Shown here: positions 49,839 to 52,130 of the stretch, in pieces | Layout of the letters: the number at the start of each line of letters is the position of its first letter | How positions within the stretch are numbered: the stretch's first letter is position 1 | Assembly (NCBI GenBank): GCA_016187105.1 | Contig: JACPKK010000001.1 | Coordinates: forward strand, 1-52,130 | Length of the DNA: 52,130 nucleotides | Direction of reading: 5' to 3' | Origin: Candidatus Curtissbacteria bacterium | GTDB taxonomy: Bacteria; Patescibacteriota; Microgenomatia; Curtissbacterales; GWA2-41-24 | The notes under the pieces: generated by a model | What the model was told of the DNA's origin: nothing | The model's database searches: none | Seen by the model: only the letters and a program-made list of their open reading frames with translations | Made by a program: the position numbers and the translations under genes

Positions 49839-50615
49839 TCAAAGTTTAGATTTTCGCCATCCAGAATCTTGGGCTTCCCCTTCTGTGCAAAACCATTTTT
49901 CGCCTTTAGACTCGTCGACTACTGTTTTATCGTAATATCTTTGCCCGGGCAGATGATAAATTTTTTCGCCGGAGGTTGAGATGTTTCCTTTAATAAGGCA
50001 AGCTTCTTCTTGACTGGTCGTCTTATCATCTGATTTACATACTGACCACAAACCTTTGCCTTGTTCCTGCGCTCTCTGTTGGGATTGTAGAAGACGGTCT
50101 TGGTACTTAATATCCGGCGGAAAAGCCGAGCTTTGCGCGAAACCTTCTTTGACAAGATAATCATTGACGAAAATATCATCTACACCTGCCTCGCCGGCAG
50201 GCAGGTAAACGTACCTTAATAATCTTCCATACTTATCGGTCTGGCTCACATCTTTTTCTAGACTAATTGATTTACCTTCAACCAGTTCCTTGTTTTTTGC
50301 GGCCGATTCTTGACCGAAACATTGGACAGGTTTCCTAGGATCCACAGTTTCCGGGGTATCGATACCAATGTAACGGACTCTCTGGCCATTTTCGAGTTCA
50401 ATGGTGTCACCATCAATAACTTTGGAAACTTTGGCAGTCGTGAGGTTGTTAATTTCAGGTAATAATTGACTCGAATCGCTTGCGGAGATAACTTGAGGAT
50501 AGTTCTCAACCGTAGTTGACTCACGGCCAGCTTGATTTTTCCCAAAGGAAAGAATGAATAAGACTAAGGCGAATATAAAAAATAATCCAGAAAAAAGTAG
50601 GGGTAACTTCTTCAA
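49839..50615 (-). CDS. Membrane-anchored thermonuclease (SNase-like) with a C-terminal Cys-containing domain
   Basis: VIDGDTIELENGQRVRYIGIDTPE and GRLLRYVYL...NDYLVKEGFA. The C-terminus reads GNISTSGEKIYHLPGQRYY...WFCTEGEAQDSGWR. Confidence 0.8.
   Translation of the reverse strand: MKKLPLLFSGLFFIFALVLFILSFGKNQAGRESTTVENYPQVISASDSSQLLPEINNLTTAKVSKVIDGDTIELENGQRVRYIGIDTPETVDPRKPVQCFGQESAAKNKELVEGKSISLEKDVSQTDKYGRLLRYVYLPAGEAGVDDIFVNDYLVKEGFAQSSAFPPDIKYQDRLLQSQQRAQEQGKGLWSVCKSDDKTTSQEEACLIKGNISTSGEKIYHLPGQRYYDKTVVDESKGEKWFCTEGEAQDSGWRKSKL
50184..50204. repeat. 21-bp palindrome CCTGCCTCGCCGGCAGGCAGG inside the nuclease gene (encodes LPAGEAG)
   Basis: Read directly from the sequence. Confidence 0.75.
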
Positions 50616-50630
50616 AGTGAGTCGATTATA

Positions 50631-51185
50631 TCACCGACTTAAATACTTCTTGAGTTTTTTGAGGGCGAGGGCGCGGTGGGAAATTTTGTTTTTTTCTACC
50701 GGGGACATTTGGGCATAAGTTTTTTTAAAGCCGTTTGGAACAAAAACTACGTCAAAGCCAAAGCCTTGATTTCCTTTTGCTTTGGGAACTAAATGACCAT
50801 GGATCATTCCTTTAAATATTTTTAAAGTTCTGCCGTCGTAAATGGCAAGGGCATCAGTAACCTTGGTCCTAGTGTTTTTACTTTTAATGAGGCTGACGGT
50901 TTTTTCGGCACCTAAAGTTTTTAGGAAATACTTAACAAATGGCCCGGGCAAGCCATCTAGCGATTCGATCTGGAGACTTACGTCTGTGACTAAAACCGGT
51001 TTTTTGATTTTTTCGTAAGCTGCTTTGGCCTTGGCAGTAATAACTTCATCTAAGTCTAGTGACTGAATTTCTGGAACGTCGATTTTTGAAACTTTATGGT
51101 TTGTGCCCAGAATTTCGTTAATCTCTTGTAGTTTATGGCTATTGGATGTAACTACGACTAAGTCTTTAAGTTTAAACTTACTCAT
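50631..51185 (-). CDS. rdgB: Non-canonical purine NTP pyrophosphatase (RdgB/HAM1 family)
   Basis: 184 aa. Motifs: VVVTSNSHKLQEI, GLPGPFVK, GFGFDVVFVP, KNKISHRALA. Confidence 0.85.
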   Translation of the reverse strand: MSKFKLKDLVVVTSNSHKLQEINEILGTNHKVSKIDVPEIQSLDLDEVITAKAKAAYEKIKKPVLVTDVSLQIESLDGLPGPFVKYFLKTLGAEKTVSLIKSKNTRTKVTDALAIYDGRTLKIFKGMIHGHLVPKAKGNQGFGFDVVFVPNGFKKTYAQMSPVEKNKISHRALALKKLKKYLSR

Positions 51186-52130
51186 ACTCTATCGTTGCCG
51201 GGGGTTTTTGGGTGATGTCGTAAACGACGCGGTTGACGCCGCGGACTTCGTTGACGATGCGAGAGGAAACTTTTTCTAGCAAATCATAGGGAAGTTTAGT
51301 CCAGTCTGCTGTCATAAAATCGACAGTGTCAACGCATCTTAGAGAAACAATGTAGGAGTATGTACGGCTATCCCCCATGACCCCCACAGATTTGACAGGA
51401 AATAGGGCGGCGAGGGCTTGGCCTACCTTTAGATCCGAACTCTGTGAGGATCGCAAGGAAGTTTTGTTAGAAACTTCCTTATTATATAGACCCGATGATT
51501 TAAGTTCCTCAATAAAAATCTCGTCGACCGATTTTAAAATGTTGAGTCTTTCTTCTGTCACTTCTCCAAGGATTCTTATAGCGAGACCCGGTCCGGGAAA
51601 CGGATGGCGGTTTAAAAAATCTTGGGGAATCCCTAATGCTTTTCCAATTAGTCTTACTTCATCTTTGTAAAATTCCGCAAGCGGCTCGATAAGTTCAAGT
51701 TTTAGACCCGATGGCAAAGTGACATTGTGATGGCTTTTAATTTTGTCGGCATGCTTTGAAGGCTGGGCTGATTCGATACGGTCGGGGTAGATAGTCCCTT
51801 GGCCAAGGTATCTGATCCGTCTGTCGCCGGACAGGTCTTTTCCAAGTTTTTTTGCTTCTTCCTCTAATATTTTGAAATAAAGTTTTGCGATAGTTTTTCT
51901 TTTTTCTTCGGGATCGGTTATTCCTTTTAAAGCTTTGACGAAAGTTTCACTTTTATCTGCAACCTTAAAATTTTTGAACTTAACTTTTTCAATAACATTT
52001 TTTAAATCAGATAAATCGTAATTTCTCAAAAGACCGGTATCGATAAAGAGAAGATGGAGCTTTGATCCGATTGCTTCTTTTAGAAGCGCCGCAGCAACAA
52101 GCGAATCTACTCCGCCGGAGATTGCCATTA
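51178..52130 (-). CDS. guaA: GMP synthase (glutamine-hydrolysing), ATP-pyrophosphatase and dimerisation domains; N-terminus outside the window; 17-aa in-frame repeat insertion
   Basis: AISGGVDSLVAAALL is the P-loop. Other motifs: LGQGTIYPDRIES, HHN, VGVMGDSRTY, KPPATIEYE. Confidence 0.9.
   Translation of the reverse strand, partial: MAISGGVDSLVAAALLKEAIGSKLHLLFIDTGLLRNYDLSDLKNVIEKVKFKNFKVADKSETFVKALKGITDPEEKRKTIAKLYFKILEEEAKKLGKDLSGDRRIRYLGQGTIYPDRIESAQPSKHADKIKSHHNVTLPSGLKLELIEPLAEFYKDEVRLIGKALGIPQDFLNRHPFPGPGLAIRILGEVTEERLNILKSVDEIFIEELKSSGLYNKEVSNKTSLRSSQSSDLKVGQALAALFPVKSVGVMGDSRTYSYIVSLRCVDTVDFMTADWTKLPYDLLEKVSSRIVNEVRGVNRVVYDITQKPPATIEYE
51427..51477. repeat. 51-nt twin-hairpin element inserted in frame in guaA
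   Basis: The minus strand reads GGAAGTTT-CTAACA-AAACTTCC then GATCC-N11-GGATC. Together they encode EVSNKTSLRSSQSSDLK. The tail TTCGGATCTAAAG resembles TTCAGGATCTAAAAAG in the MTHFS insertion. Confidence 0.7.

Noticed and set aside
1-52130. CRISPR array among the many short palindromic repeats
   Set aside because: The repeats are dispersed singly or in irregular clusters with no constant repeat-spacer periodicity, and there are no cas genes.
1-52130. Alternative genetic code (UGA recoding, as in some CPR lineages)
   Set aside because: TGA serves as a genuine stop in several ATGA-coupled gene junctions (3937, 11906, 14110). Homologous proteins end where expected.

Overview
This is a 52.1-kb, gene-dense chromosomal segment. 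I call 53 protein genes (45 on the minus strand, many joined by 4-nt ATGA overlaps) and 2 tRNAs (Glu-CUC, Gln-CUG). There is no rRNA, CRISPR array, integrase or transposase. Content is mainly housekeeping: GreA, K+-independent H+-pyrophosphatase, Lon, Lgt, a CsoR-controlled CopB copper-efflux operon, and a PduO-type adenosyltransferase. Also present are a RelE/Phd pair, NrdR plus class II (B12) ribonucleotide reductase, MTHFS, PCD, MetK, GltX and an archaeal-type AspRS. The rest includes RecJ, CCA-adding enzyme, SecD/SecF, ComM, RdgB, GuaA, and many membrane-anchored hypotheticals and DUF-type proteins. By inference only, this mix suggests a small-genome Patescibacteria/CPR (Microgenomates-like) bacterium using the standard code. 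Main observations: (1) Modular short palindromic repeats fill the intergenic spacers and are also inserted in frame, or supply N-/C-terminal codons, in about 12 otherwise conserved genes (lgt, PduO-type ATR, MTHFS, guaA, cca, nrdJ, nrdR, gltX and others). This resembles Rickettsia palindromic elements. (2) An MshC-like cysteine ligase lacking an anticodon-binding domain overlaps a PIG-L/LmbE deacetylase. It could be a low-molecular-weight-thiol module or a minimal CysRS. (3) The metK leader looks like a SAM-I-clan riboswitch. (4) greA has no canonical start codon and abuts a tRNA 3'-end scar. (5) The conserved C-terminus of secF is out of frame. (6) Two genes are missing from the supplied ORF track: a partial peptidase paralog at 1..1050 and a 46-aa zinc-ribbon ORF at 45825..45965. 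(7) Operators readable by eye include NrdR boxes, a CsoR-type operator and a CIRCE-like element on lon. All family assignments come from motif recognition by eye. No database search was run.
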